DNA from: a virus
Taxonomy: Duplodnaviria > Caudoviricetes
IMG/VR virus record: IMGVR_UViG_3300012971_000052
Coordinates: 1 to 32,826 of that record
DNA length: 32,826 bases
Reading direction: 5' to 3' (one strand)
Made by a program: the position numbers and the translations under genes. Below, piece by piece: positions 7,845 to 15,441 of the stretch; within the stretch, counting starts at the first letter, position 1; every line of letters begins with the position of its first letter. The notes under the pieces were generated by a model that worked only from the letters and a program-made list of their open reading frames with translations, was not told where the DNA came from and did no database searches.

Positions 7845-8879
7845 TTACTCCTTTCGTTCCAGGGCTCTAAAGTGGACGACCTTTTCTTGCGTTGGAATGA
7901 GCCGCTTTTGCCACCCTTCGGCGCGCTTAGCGAGGTTGAGGAGTTCAACATCAAGCCGGCGTAGGGCTTCCCAATCCTCAAGTAGATTGAGTTGCGGCAG
8001 GGCCTTTTCGATATTGGCGAGCTTCTCGGCGTCGGCATCGGTGTTGATAGTGCGCCGCAGATTCTCCGCTACCGCATTGGCAAAGACGGCGAAAAGCGGG
8101 CTGGGCCGGCCGCCTCTGTTTCGGGCGGCAGCATTAAAATCGACGCGGCTGCGAATGTCGCGCGGTGTCACAGAGCCGGCCCGGATTTGATTGGCCGTAT
8201 CGACGGCACCGCGGCCGTATTGCTGCTTAGCCGCCTCAATCTCGCGGTGTGACCGCTGCGTATTCGTCCCGACTTTGTCAATCTGCTGCATTCGCGCAAA
8301 GGCGGTTTCTGCCACATTCCGCGCGGCACGAACGCTTAAATCAGCAAAATCTTCGCGCGCCATATACCCGCCTTCGATCAACGCATAGGCGGCATGACAG
8401 GCCGACGCTGTGTCATTAATAATAACGGTACCAGTACCGCTTTGAATGCGGGTCCAGCCCAATAGTTTTGCAGCATCAATATGTTGGGTCCGTTTCTCCG
8501 CCACGCCGGAGACAAGTCCGCTTTTAAGTGCGGCCTCCCAGCTTTCGAGTTGTATTAAAAAGGCGGCGTTATAATCCTCAAGATTCTCGCGTCCCATGTA
8601 CTGCAGCATCTGCTTGTCGCTAAGGGCCATGACGATCAGGGGAATCCTGGCCAACTTCATTCGTTTAGACGCTTCAAGACGATGGTGACCAAAGGCCAGC
8701 TCGTACCGCCAGAGCCTGTCGCCCTTTACTTCACGGGCGATACAGCTCGGCCACAAACCGACATCCTCAATCGAGCGAATGAGGGCGGTGATTTTATCTT
8801 CAAGGTAAGGGTAGGCGTGTAATCGGCGATATGGATTAAAAGCGACCCGTTCGACCTCAGCATTGATAATTTCACTCAT
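7845..8879 (-). CDS. ParB/Srx N-terminal domain protein (344 aa)
   Basis: FNPYR..., LIRSIEDVGL, YELAFGHHRLEA (GxxR) and REN motifs of the ParB CTPase-like domain. Confidence 0.85.
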   Translation of the reverse strand: MSEIINAEVERVAFNPYRRLHAYPYLEDKITALIRSIEDVGLWPSCIAREVKGDRLWRYELAFGHHRLEASKRMKLARIPLIVMALSDKQMLQYMGRENLEDYNAAFLIQLESWEAALKSGLVSGVAEKRTQHIDAAKLLGWTRIQSGTGTVIINDTASACHAAYALIEGGYMAREDFADLSVRAARNVAETAFARMQQIDKVGTNTQRSHREIEAAKQQYGRGAVDTANQIRAGSVTPRDIRSRVDFNAAARNRGGRPSPLFAVFANAVAENLRRTINTDADAEKLANIEKALPQLNLLEDWEALRRLDVELLNLAKRAEGWQKRLIPTQEKVVHFRALERKE

Positions 8880-8882
8880 GGT

Positions 8883-9080
8883 TCACTCCCGCTCCCTGGG
8901 TCCGTTGGCGTGCATCCGCACCACCTGCGCGCCGAGGCGTCTCAGATCCGCGAGTACCTCCTCAGCGACCTTCTCGGCAATCCGCCGGGTGTTGAGGGCG
9001 GTATTCGCCGGCCGCCCGATCAGCACCTCCTCGAGCTTATCCTCAATCAGCCGACGCAGCAGGTCGCTTTCGTCGGTCAC
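8883..9080 (-). CDS. Hypothetical protein (65 aa)
   Basis: GTG start in a GTGA overlap; MTDESDLLRRLIEDKLEEV... fits the operon packing. Confidence 0.55.
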   Translation of the reverse strand: MTDESDLLRRLIEDKLEEVLIGRPANTALNTRRIAEKVAEEVLADLRRLGAQVVRMHANGPRERE

Positions 9081-9151
9081 AGCAGCCACGCAAGGATTAG
9101 CATGGCGGCGATTACCACAAGGCCAGCCGGCGTGATGTTGTCGATCCGCAT
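9077..9151 (-). CDS. 24-aa single-TM peptide
   Basis: [24 protein letters not shown]; coupled by TGATG to bet and by GTGA to the next gene. Confidence 0.5.
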   Translation of the reverse strand: MRIDNITPAGLVVIAAMLILAWLL

Positions 9152-10077
9152 CATTGCGCCGCCATGAAATCGGGCAGCCGCTCACGCATCTGCGCAATGC
9201 GCAATTCCAGCTTTGCATGCACCTTGGAGTGCTGCTCCTTGCAGTCGGCGAGCGTGTGCTCATTGGCCGCGAGCCATTCCTCACCCTCGTCGCGGGTCTG
9301 TACCTGGCCGAGGATGGCTGCCAGGTCGCCGCCCCAGCGGATCCAGTCATTGTTGTCATTGGGCGTGCGCATAACCGCAATCTCACGCGCACCGGCCTCG
9401 CCTGTCTCGGGATCGTAGACCGCGATGGGCGGCGGCTCGGGCAGCGGCTTCACCCCTTTGGGAAGCGGCGGCATCGCCTGCAGCGGCGGCGATTCGATGA
9501 TCTCGGCCTGCTGCATTTCGTCGTCCGAATAGAGGCCCGAGAGTTCCTGCGGGAAGGCTTTGCGCAGCGCCAGACTCTCGGCACACTTCGCCAACATGAC
9601 ATCAGGCATCGTTCCCCACATCCGGGTCGGCTCGCCATTGCGCTTTTGCGCGTAAGCATCAAACCGGGCAACGCCGTAGCACGGCTGCTGAAAATCGCGG
9701 CGCAGCACACCAACCCGAGCCGCGGTCGGTGGGGTTTTCTTCAGCCAGACATCGCGCCAGACCCCGTCATCGCCACACCACTCCGGACCGACCTGCCCGG
9801 CATATTTGCCCGAGCGCTCAGCGATCAGGCGAAACCCGTCGATCGATACCTGGATCGAGCGCACAATTTCCCACTGATCGCCGCGTTTTTCGCGACGTTC
9901 GATGGAGTAGATCTGCCGTGCGAACGGATCCAAGCCGGTCTTATTGGCCTGGTAGATAAACATCTGTAGTTCGTCATTAGTCGCGTTCTTGCAGATGGTC
10001 CGCTTGATCAGGTCGACCTGCTCGGGGGAGAAGCGGGACGACACGCCAGGGGAAACGAGTGCGGGGGAATGTGCCAT
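9151..10077 (-). CDS. bet: Phage ssDNA-annealing recombinase (Bet/RecT family)
   Basis: [42 protein letters not shown] and [28 protein letters not shown] motifs. Confidence 0.93.
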   Translation of the reverse strand: MAHSPALVSPGVSSRFSPEQVDLIKRTICKNATNDELQMFIYQANKTGLDPFARQIYSIERREKRGDQWEIVRSIQVSIDGFRLIAERSGKYAGQVGPEWCGDDGVWRDVWLKKTPPTAARVGVLRRDFQQPCYGVARFDAYAQKRNGEPTRMWGTMPDVMLAKCAESLALRKAFPQELSGLYSDDEMQQAEIIESPPLQAMPPLPKGVKPLPEPPPIAVYDPETGEAGAREIAVMRTPNDNNDWIRWGGDLAAILGQVQTRDEGEEWLAANEHTLADCKEQHSKVHAKLELRIAQMRERLPDFMAAQ

Positions 10078-10079
10078 GA

Positions 10080-10871
10080 CTACTTGCTTTCCTTGATGGT
10101 GATGGCGCCCGCCTTGGAGCGGCTGGCGCAAATACCGTGTCCATAAGCGCGGGCCACATCGTCCTCGATCAGTGATTTGATACCCTTGGCCGCGTCGTCA
10201 AAGGCATTCTTGGCGATGCGGTTCTCTAGCCAGATCGCGGCGAAATCCGCCCAGCTGTTGTTGCCGCGCATATCGACGACACGCACCGCATCAATCCGCG
10301 GCGCCTTAATCTCGGCGAGCGCCACCGGCGGCTCGAGGTTCTCGACACACGACCAGAACCAGCCGATGCGGTCCCATACCGCCGCCTCGTAATCCTCGTC
10401 CCAGAGGATCTCGAATTCGGCCGGTTCATCACCGCCGTGCACCACCAGCAGCGCAGCCTTCTCAGCGCCTGTGCAGGCCTTCTGGACGACCAATTGGCCC
10501 GGGTAGTACCCGAGCACGTTCTCAATCGCATTCCAGCGCCCGGGCGCCTTACAATCGATCACACAGCGGTCGTCGTCGCGGAAGGCATCGAGGGTACAGG
10601 CGAGATACCCGCAGGGATGCACGACATGCTCCTGCCGGCGGATCAGCGGACGGCCGGTCTTCCACTCGTGATAATCGAGTGCCGGGGTTTCAATGATGCT
10701 GCCGAGGATGACCGGCCAATTGTGGCTGAGATCGTCCTCTTGATAGTCCGGGTGCTCGACGAGCCGCATCCACTCCTGGCGGATGGCTTTCTCATTGGCG
10801 GCCATGAGGGACGGAATAAAGCTGGCGCCGATCTTGTTGGCGCGCAGGGTTTTCTGCTCGGGGGTTAGCAT
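10080..10871 (-). CDS. YqaJ/lambda-exonuclease-like protein
   Basis: R-x-x-KIGAS, LACTLDA, IDCKAP and YYPGQL motifs (PD-(D/E)XK); adjacent to bet. Confidence 0.85.
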   Translation of the reverse strand: MLTPEQKTLRANKIGASFIPSLMAANEKAIRQEWMRLVEHPDYQEDDLSHNWPVILGSIIETPALDYHEWKTGRPLIRRQEHVVHPCGYLACTLDAFRDDDRCVIDCKAPGRWNAIENVLGYYPGQLVVQKACTGAEKAALLVVHGGDEPAEFEILWDEDYEAAVWDRIGWFWSCVENLEPPVALAEIKAPRIDAVRVVDMRGNNSWADFAAIWLENRIAKNAFDDAAKGIKSLIEDDVARAYGHGICASRSKAGAITIKESK

Positions 10872-11023
10872 CCAAAGCACTCCTCGAAATCATCGAGGAC
10901 GATCAGCTCGCGCTCGATCTCGTATTCACCCGTACCGCCGCAAGCCGGGCAGTCATCCCAACGGCCGTATTCATCGCTCCAGCCACCATCGCCGCCGCAG
11001 TTTTCGCAGTGCGTGTGCATCAT
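10865..11023 (-). CDS. Small DnaJ-type Zn-finger protein (52 aa)
   Basis: CENCGGDG and CPACGGTG repeats (CxxCxGxG); ATGA coupling. Confidence 0.65.
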   Translation of the reverse strand: MMHTHCENCGGDGGWSDEYGRWDDCPACGGTGEYEIERELIVLDDFEECFGC

Positions 11024-11229
11024 TCCATCTCCCCGGCGGCATCGATAAACCACTGCGGCACGCGGCCGTCGTAGTGCTCGGCGAGTTCCTTGGTGGTCGG
11101 CTTTGTATGCTCGAGGCTCATCTCCAGCATCAGTCGCAAATGCCGCTTGGCGCGCTCTGACCGCCGATCCAGCGCCGCACCCGAGCGCTGGTCCAGCTCG
11201 CGCTGGGCGCTGTCGCTGTACGTCGCCAT
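11020..11229 (-). CDS. Hypothetical early protein (69 aa)
   Basis: TGATG coupling to the upstream gene. Confidence 0.6.
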   Translation of the reverse strand: MATYSDSAQRELDQRSGAALDRRSERAKRHLRLMLEMSLEHTKPTTKELAEHYDGRVPQWFIDAAGEME

Positions 11230-11534
11230 CAGATGCACTCCATCCATGCATCGCGGTAAGCGCAGGTCGCATCCCAGATCGCGTCGCGCAGCTCGCGGGC
11301 CGCCGCTGAGCCGATGATCGGTGACAAGGTTGTCTGCATCTCACTGTGGAGCTTTAGCAGCCGCTCAAACGCCGCGTTACGCGCCTCGCCAAGGGCGACG
11401 ATCCGGGTGATCACGGCATCGTGCGGAAGCGTCAGTGCCGCATTTTCCTCAAAAGGAGCAATGTCGCTTGACACTGCGTGTTCATGGTTCTTTCCTACCT
11501 CGGTAGGGTAAGTTTTTGGTAATGTGCCGGTCAT
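11229..11534 (-). CDS. First gene of the leftward early operon, hypothetical (101 aa)
   Basis: GGAGGA RBS upstream of ATG 11534, immediately downstream of the PL promoter. Confidence 0.65.
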   Translation of the reverse strand: MTGTLPKTYPTEVGKNHEHAVSSDIAPFEENAALTLPHDAVITRIVALGEARNAAFERLLKLHSEMQTTLSPIIGSAAARELRDAIWDATCAYRDAWMECI

Positions 11535-11561
11535 TCGGTAGTTCCTCCAACCAAGGAGGCG

Positions 11562-11591
11562 ATTATAACCATGAGTGATACCGAAAGACAA
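11562..11591 (-). promoter_or_regulatory. PL-like sigma70 promoter
   Basis: Minus strand TTGTCT-N18-TATAAT, with a T-tract upstream, overlapped by an operator. Confidence 0.8.
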
Positions 11592-11615
11592 CAAAAAATA
11601 TCACAGGGAGTGATC
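11564..11615. promoter_or_regulatory. OL operator pair (17-bp imperfect palindromes)
   Basis: TATAAC-catga-GTGATA (11564-11580) and TATCAC-aggga-GTGATC (11599-11615). Confidence 0.75.
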
Positions 11616-11778
11616 GATGGGCTCAAATTCATGGAAAAATTGGGAAAAATCTGTGGCTCGGCGATTGCCGAGCTGGATGCGGGGTTGGGTTTATCACCCG
11701 CCGCTGCTGAGCGGCTGATTGAGTTACTCGACTGTGAGCAGATTGTGGCCGAGCGGATGAAGGCTCGCTACAGACAAC

Positions 11779-12111
11779 TCAGCTCTCCCGGGTCCCCTTC
11801 TCCCGGAGGTGCTGGGCGAGCACGTCGACAAGGCCACGTGAGGCCTCGTCCAACGCTAAAAAGTTGTCGACCAGTCTTCGCACCTGGGCGCTTTCCAATG
11901 CTTTATCTGGAATAGCATCAACTTCCGGCATCAAGTCTCTGAGCGGGATCCCGAGCATAGCCGAGATCCGGATACGGTTTTCGAGATCAGGCAGGCGACC
12001 GCGTTCCCAGTAGGAAACCGCGCTCTGCCTGACCTTGAGGAGCCGCGCCAGATCGGTTTGGTTTAGACCGCGTCGCAGTCGCGCATCGCGGATAAGCTCG
12101 CCGGTTTTCAC
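11779..12111 (-). CDS. cI: CI-like XRE HTH repressor (110 aa, no S24 peptidase domain)
   Basis: GELIRDARLRRGLNQTDLARLLKVRQSAVSYWERG...PDL HTH; divergent from cro. The GTG at 12111 lies 6 nt after CATAAT. Confidence 0.85.
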   Translation of the reverse strand: MKTGELIRDARLRRGLNQTDLARLLKVRQSAVSYWERGRLPDLENRIRISAMLGIPLRDLMPEVDAIPDKALESAQVRRLVDNFLALDEASRGLVDVLAQHLREKGTRES

Positions 12112-12134
12112 ATCCCAATTATGCCGCGCCGCGT

Positions 12135-12187
12135 TATGATGCGGGGTGATAAGTTCGGCTTGCATGCCGATATCCGGTGTGGTGATA
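12135..12187. promoter_or_regulatory. OR operator pair with divergent PR/PRM promoters
   Basis: TATGAT-gcggg-GTGATA (12135-12151) and TATCCG-gtgtg-GTGATA (12171-12187). A PR -35-like TTGCAT sits at 12160-12165, and a PRM -10 CATAAT at 12123-12118 on the minus strand. Confidence 0.7.
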
Positions 12188-12195
12188 TCACCCTC

Positions 12196-12462
12196 ATGGA
12201 CGGTATCGACTTCTTGCGCGGCCGCGTCGGTCTGCAGATCTGGCTGGCGCCGCGGCTTGGTCTGGGTCAACCCGCGATCTCCAATTGGATGAAGCGCGGA
12301 CAAATTCCAGCCGAGCACGTCAAGGAAATCGAACGCATTACCGGCATTCCCCGCTACCTCCTGCGTCCCGACATCTGGGAGGCTCCGTGGGAACTAAAAC
12401 CGAAAAAAAAGATATCACGCAAGCGAATAAAAGTTGAGCGAGAACCCGTCGCCGCAGAATGA
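12196..12462 (+). CDS. cro: Cro/YdaS-like repressor (88 aa)
   Basis: LAPRLGLGQPAISNW..RGQIPAEHVKEIERITGIPRYLLRPDIW, the YdaS/Cro signature including LRPD. Confidence 0.88.
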   Translation: MDGIDFLRGRVGLQIWLAPRLGLGQPAISNWMKRGQIPAEHVKEIERITGIPRYLLRPDIWEAPWELKPKKKISRKRIKVEREPVAAE

Positions 12463-12660
12463 CCCGCGTAGGGTCGGTCAACGGCTCTGAGGTTATCACC
12501 TTTGCTGATGGGGGAAGCGCATGGATGGACCGCCTCTGCATACCCTGCAGCTGACGATGCGGCCGCGGCGGGGAATCGGCCGCTGGGGTGTGTGCTTTGA
12601 GTGTTTTATGAGCGGCATGCTCGGCGCGCTCGCCGTCCTCGGGCTGATCTGGTGGGTGAC

Positions 12661-12888
12661 ATGAAGGCGAAACCCGACTTCTCGCGCCTGGTGATGCTGG
12701 ATCTGTCACCGACCGAGGCGGTGATCCTGGCTCGATTGTGCGAGATGTGTCTCGAACAGGCCGAAAAACACGGGCCCGAGTTTGTCAGCGCTATCGGTTT
12801 TTTTACCAGCCTCGTCAGCCGCATCAACCTGCAGCTCGACCAGTTGCACTGGCCCGCTGAACGGCGCCGCGCGCCGTATCCGGTGTAA
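12661..12888 (+). CDS. Hypothetical protein (75 aa)
   Basis: ATG 12661; ends 1 nt before the next gene. Confidence 0.55.
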   Translation: MKAKPDFSRLVMLDLSPTEAVILARLCEMCLEQAEKHGPEFVSAIGFFTSLVSRINLQLDQLHWPAERRRAPYPV

Positions 12889-12889
12889 C

Positions 12890-13330
12890 GTGGGTAAAGC
12901 TTTGACCAGCACTGCACGGAGTGCGCGAAAGCTGCGTCTGACCGCGCCGATCGTCCGTGAGCCGATCCTGCACAAACAGATCGCCGATACGTTCCGCCTC
13001 GAGCTCGCCCCGCCGGGCCGCGTGTCCAAGGATGGCGTGGTGTGGTGGTCGGTCGACATGGCGGCCTATGCCGGCAGCGTCCCCGGTATCCGCACCGGCC
13101 GCGGCTGCATCGCCGGGGTGCCGGATATGATCATCCTCCATGCAGGCTCCGCCTACTTCCTCGAGCTGAAGGCCGAGGACGGCATTCTATCGCCCGCACA
13201 ATGTGTGGTCGGTGCGGCGATCCTCACCTGCGGGGCATGCTATGGGGTGGTGCGGAATGCCGCCGAGGCAATCGCGCTGCTCGATGCGTGGGAGATCCCG
13301 CGGGCGCACCGCGTGGTGGGGGTGCGGTGA
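12890..13330 (+). CDS. VRR-NUC family PD-(D/E)XK nuclease (possible resolvase)
   Basis: E-x-x-LH, AGVPDMII, FLELKAEDGILSPAQ and YGVVRN motifs. Confidence 0.85.
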   Translation: MGKALTSTARSARKLRLTAPIVREPILHKQIADTFRLELAPPGRVSKDGVVWWSVDMAAYAGSVPGIRTGRGCIAGVPDMIILHAGSAYFLELKAEDGILSPAQCVVGAAILTCGACYGVVRNAAEAIALLDAWEIPRAHRVVGVR

Positions 13331-14103
13331 AAGTGCGACGGATCGATTTTTCCCCCGACGAATGGCTCGCCGGCACGCTTGAGCTGTCCGGGCTCGATCG
13401 CGGCGTCTACATAACGCTCTGCGCCCTCATCTATTCTCGCGGAGAAAACATCTCGGAAAAGCTCGTCATAAGTCATTGTAATGACCACGGAAATCGGGTT
13501 CGCGCGTCCCTTGACCGTTTGGAAAAGGCTGGGAAAATAGTTAGAAACGGTCTGGAAATCGTTCAGAAACGGTGCAGAAAAGAGTTGGAAATCGCTCAGA
13601 AACGAGTTGAAAAAGCATCGGAAAACGGACGTCTCGGTAATCAAATCAAAGGCTTAAAACACGCCACCCGTGGAAGTACAGCGTCTACTGCACCGCACGC
13701 TAACCATCAACTACCAACCATCAACTATCAACTATATGCCTCTCCTACGGAGAGGCGCGCCAACGGGCGCGCGGCTTCGCCGGAAGAAGATATTTTTAAC
13801 AAGGGGTTAGCCCTACTGGGGACAGGCAAACGCGGGTTGATCCGCAAATTGCTCGTCAAGTTTGGGGCTGAAATTGTGGAAAACGCCCTTGGCGCCACCG
13901 AACGCCGACAACCCGCTGAGCCCGTCGCGTTCTTCGTCGCCTGCTGCGAGGAACGTAAACCCGGCCCTGACCCGCCGGCCGCAAGCGCCGACCCACCGCC
14001 GCCGCCAAAACCCGTCAATCCCAGGTTCCTCGGCCATGGCGACAACTGCATGTGCAGCAATTGTGAGCAATGGCAACTGAACCAGCAAACCGCGAGCCCC
14101 TGA
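13327..14103 (+). CDS. DUF1376/YdaU-like replication initiator
   Basis: IDFSPDEWLAGTLELSGLDRGVYITLCALIY, RCRKELE and KASENG motifs; GTGA coupling; internal DNA repeats. Confidence 0.8.
   Translation: MKVRRIDFSPDEWLAGTLELSGLDRGVYITLCALIYSRGENISEKLVISHCNDHGNRVRASLDRLEKAGKIVRNGLEIVQKRCRKELEIAQKRVEKASENGRLGNQIKGLKHATRGSTASTAPHANHQLPTINYQLYASPTERRANGRAASPEEDIFNKGLALLGTGKRGLIRKLLVKFGAEIVENALGATERRQPAEPVAFFVACCEERKPGPDPPAASADPPPPPKPVNPRFLGHGDNCMCSNCEQWQLNQQTASP
13530..13736 (+). repeat. Putative replication origin inside the initiator gene (iteron-like repeats)
   Basis: TGGAAATCG(T/C)TCAGAAACG at 13553 and 13586 within an A-rich stretch; five tandem 7-mers AAC(C/T)A(T/C)(C/A) at 13702-13736. Confidence 0.6.
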
Positions 14104-14295
14104 TGAGCGCAAACCTGCAGCTGTTCGTGATCTGGCCGGTCTGGCATATTTGCTTTGTAAAGCTAAACCGCGTAGGGACTGCGAGCCGTCGCGCAACGGC
14201 CTGCATGAGCAGCACTCTCCGGCGTAGAGGCGGCGGTGACCTCTTCAAAGGGATTTGGCACCGCTGCCGCTTTCTCGTTAAGACTAGCTAGTCTC

Positions 14296-14397
14296 ATGCC
14301 GCTCTGGGTCATCCTGCTGATATCGGGCCTCGCGATATACCTGCTTGCCGCGTGGCTCGTCTCCTGGCAAATATCAACCCCAGATCCGGAGGATTGA
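14296..14397 (+). CDS. 33-aa single-TM peptide
   Basis: MPLWVILLISGLAIYLLAAWLVSWQISTPDPED*; ends 1 nt before the next ATG. Confidence 0.45.
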   Translation: MPLWVILLISGLAIYLLAAWLVSWQISTPDPED

Positions 14398-14398
14398 T

Positions 14399-14548
14399 AT
14401 GCTCGTCCTCATCCTGCTGATCTTCGCCATCGTGCTCTGCGTCGTCCAGGCGTTCCGCCCATGGACGCAGCCCTTCCCCATCCCCCACCTCGGCTGGCTC
14501 GGTATCGCGTTGTATTTGCTGACGTTGATACTCGGCGGGCGGGTGTGA
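14399..14548 (+). CDS. 49-aa two-TM membrane protein
   Basis: GGAGG RBS; two hydrophobic segments separated by a Pro-rich loop. Confidence 0.65.
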   Translation: MLVLILLIFAIVLCVVQAFRPWTQPFPIPHLGWLGIALYLLTLILGGRV

Positions 14549-14561
14549 GTGTCTCAACGCA

Positions 14562-14969
14562 ATGAACGCTAACCCCGCGACTGCGCATCTCACGCCATGG
14601 CGCCCTGGTGAAACTTCATCACGTTCGCGGTCCAAAGAAGTCGAGCAAATGCTCAAGAGTGCGCGCAAGCACGGCAATGAAGGAATGCTGTTTGCGGTGA
14701 AGGTGATGCGCGATGAAGATGTCGATGTGCGGGTGAGACTGAAAGCGGCCGAGATGATCATCGACCGCGCCATGCCGCGAAACCCTGAGACGATCGCGGC
14801 CATGCTGGGTGACGGTGGCACCACACACCTCACCATCGAGTTTGTCAACGCATCAAAGCCGCTCATTGTGGAGCATGAACCGGTGACGAATGGACACGGC
14901 GGTGTCACCAATGGTCACGATACTGCCGATCCGATCGACATCGTATTTGTAAAGCGGGAGGAATGCTGA
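14562..14969 (+). CDS. Probable terminase small subunit
   Basis: HLTPWRPGE N-terminus and RVRLKAAEMIIDRA helical motif; lies upstream of terL. Confidence 0.65.
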   Translation: MNANPATAHLTPWRPGETSSRSRSKEVEQMLKSARKHGNEGMLFAVKVMRDEDVDVRVRLKAAEMIIDRAMPRNPETIAAMLGDGGTTHLTIEFVNASKPLIVEHEPVTNGHGGVTNGHDTADPIDIVFVKREEC

Positions 14970-15199
14970 TGGCATCGCTGCGCGATGATGGAAAACCGCA
15001 AACACCGGGCCAGTGGTATCGCTCGTATTTGCGTCGAGGGGTAACGGCACTCATGGAGCCACAACATGAGGCGCTGTTGTGCGGCGAGCCGATCAGCAGC
15101 CTCGCGATGGAGGATCTCGAGGCGTTGTTTGAACTTGTGTTCGGATCGTTTCCGCGGCGGCCGGTTGGCTACCGGGATCGTCATTCGGCATTAGCATGA
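14969..15199 (+). CDS. Hypothetical protein (76 aa)
   Basis: GGAGG RBS, TGATG coupling and ATGA overlap downstream. Confidence 0.55.
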   Translation: MASLRDDGKPQTPGQWYRSYLRRGVTALMEPQHEALLCGEPISSLAMEDLEALFELVFGSFPRRPVGYRDRHSALA

Positions 15200-15441
15200 C
15201 CAAGGATGATTGCGAGGCGCTGCGGCGCGAGATCAAGGCGGTTGCGGATAGGCTGGATGCTCTAAGGCACCCTGATTTCTCGCTGCAGCATGTGGGAAAT
15301 GATGTGCCGGGTGAGGCGTATGCAAATGCCACGCTCGCCTACCGCTGTCTCGAGGATGCCAGCATGCGGCTGGGCAAGGCGATCCAGGCTTTGGACGGCG
15401 GCGTCAGCGTCTACGACCGGACCCAGGTGCCAGGGGCATGA
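15196..15441 (+). CDS. Helical-hairpin protein (81 aa), possibly Acb2/Tad1-like
   Basis: Two amphipathic helices; LAYRCLEDASMRLGKAI; ATGA-coupled on both sides. Confidence 0.6.
   Translation: MTKDDCEALRREIKAVADRLDALRHPDFSLQHVGNDVPGEAYANATLAYRCLEDASMRLGKAIQALDGGVSVYDRTQVPGA

Noticed and set aside
11544-11559. CCTCC/GGAGG hairpin that could sequester the first PL RBS
   Set aside because: The predicted PL start (~11555) would leave most of the 5' arm untranscribed.
11571-11915. Plus-strand 114-aa ORF with an apparent AGGAGG RBS
   Set aside because: It runs through the PL promoter and OL operators and is antisense to the 3' end of cI, with no recognisable motif. A short real peptide cannot be fully excluded.
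14141-14157. Sigma54 promoter (CTGGCA...TTGC)
   Set aside because: The GG-to-GC spacing is shorter than the required 10 nt.
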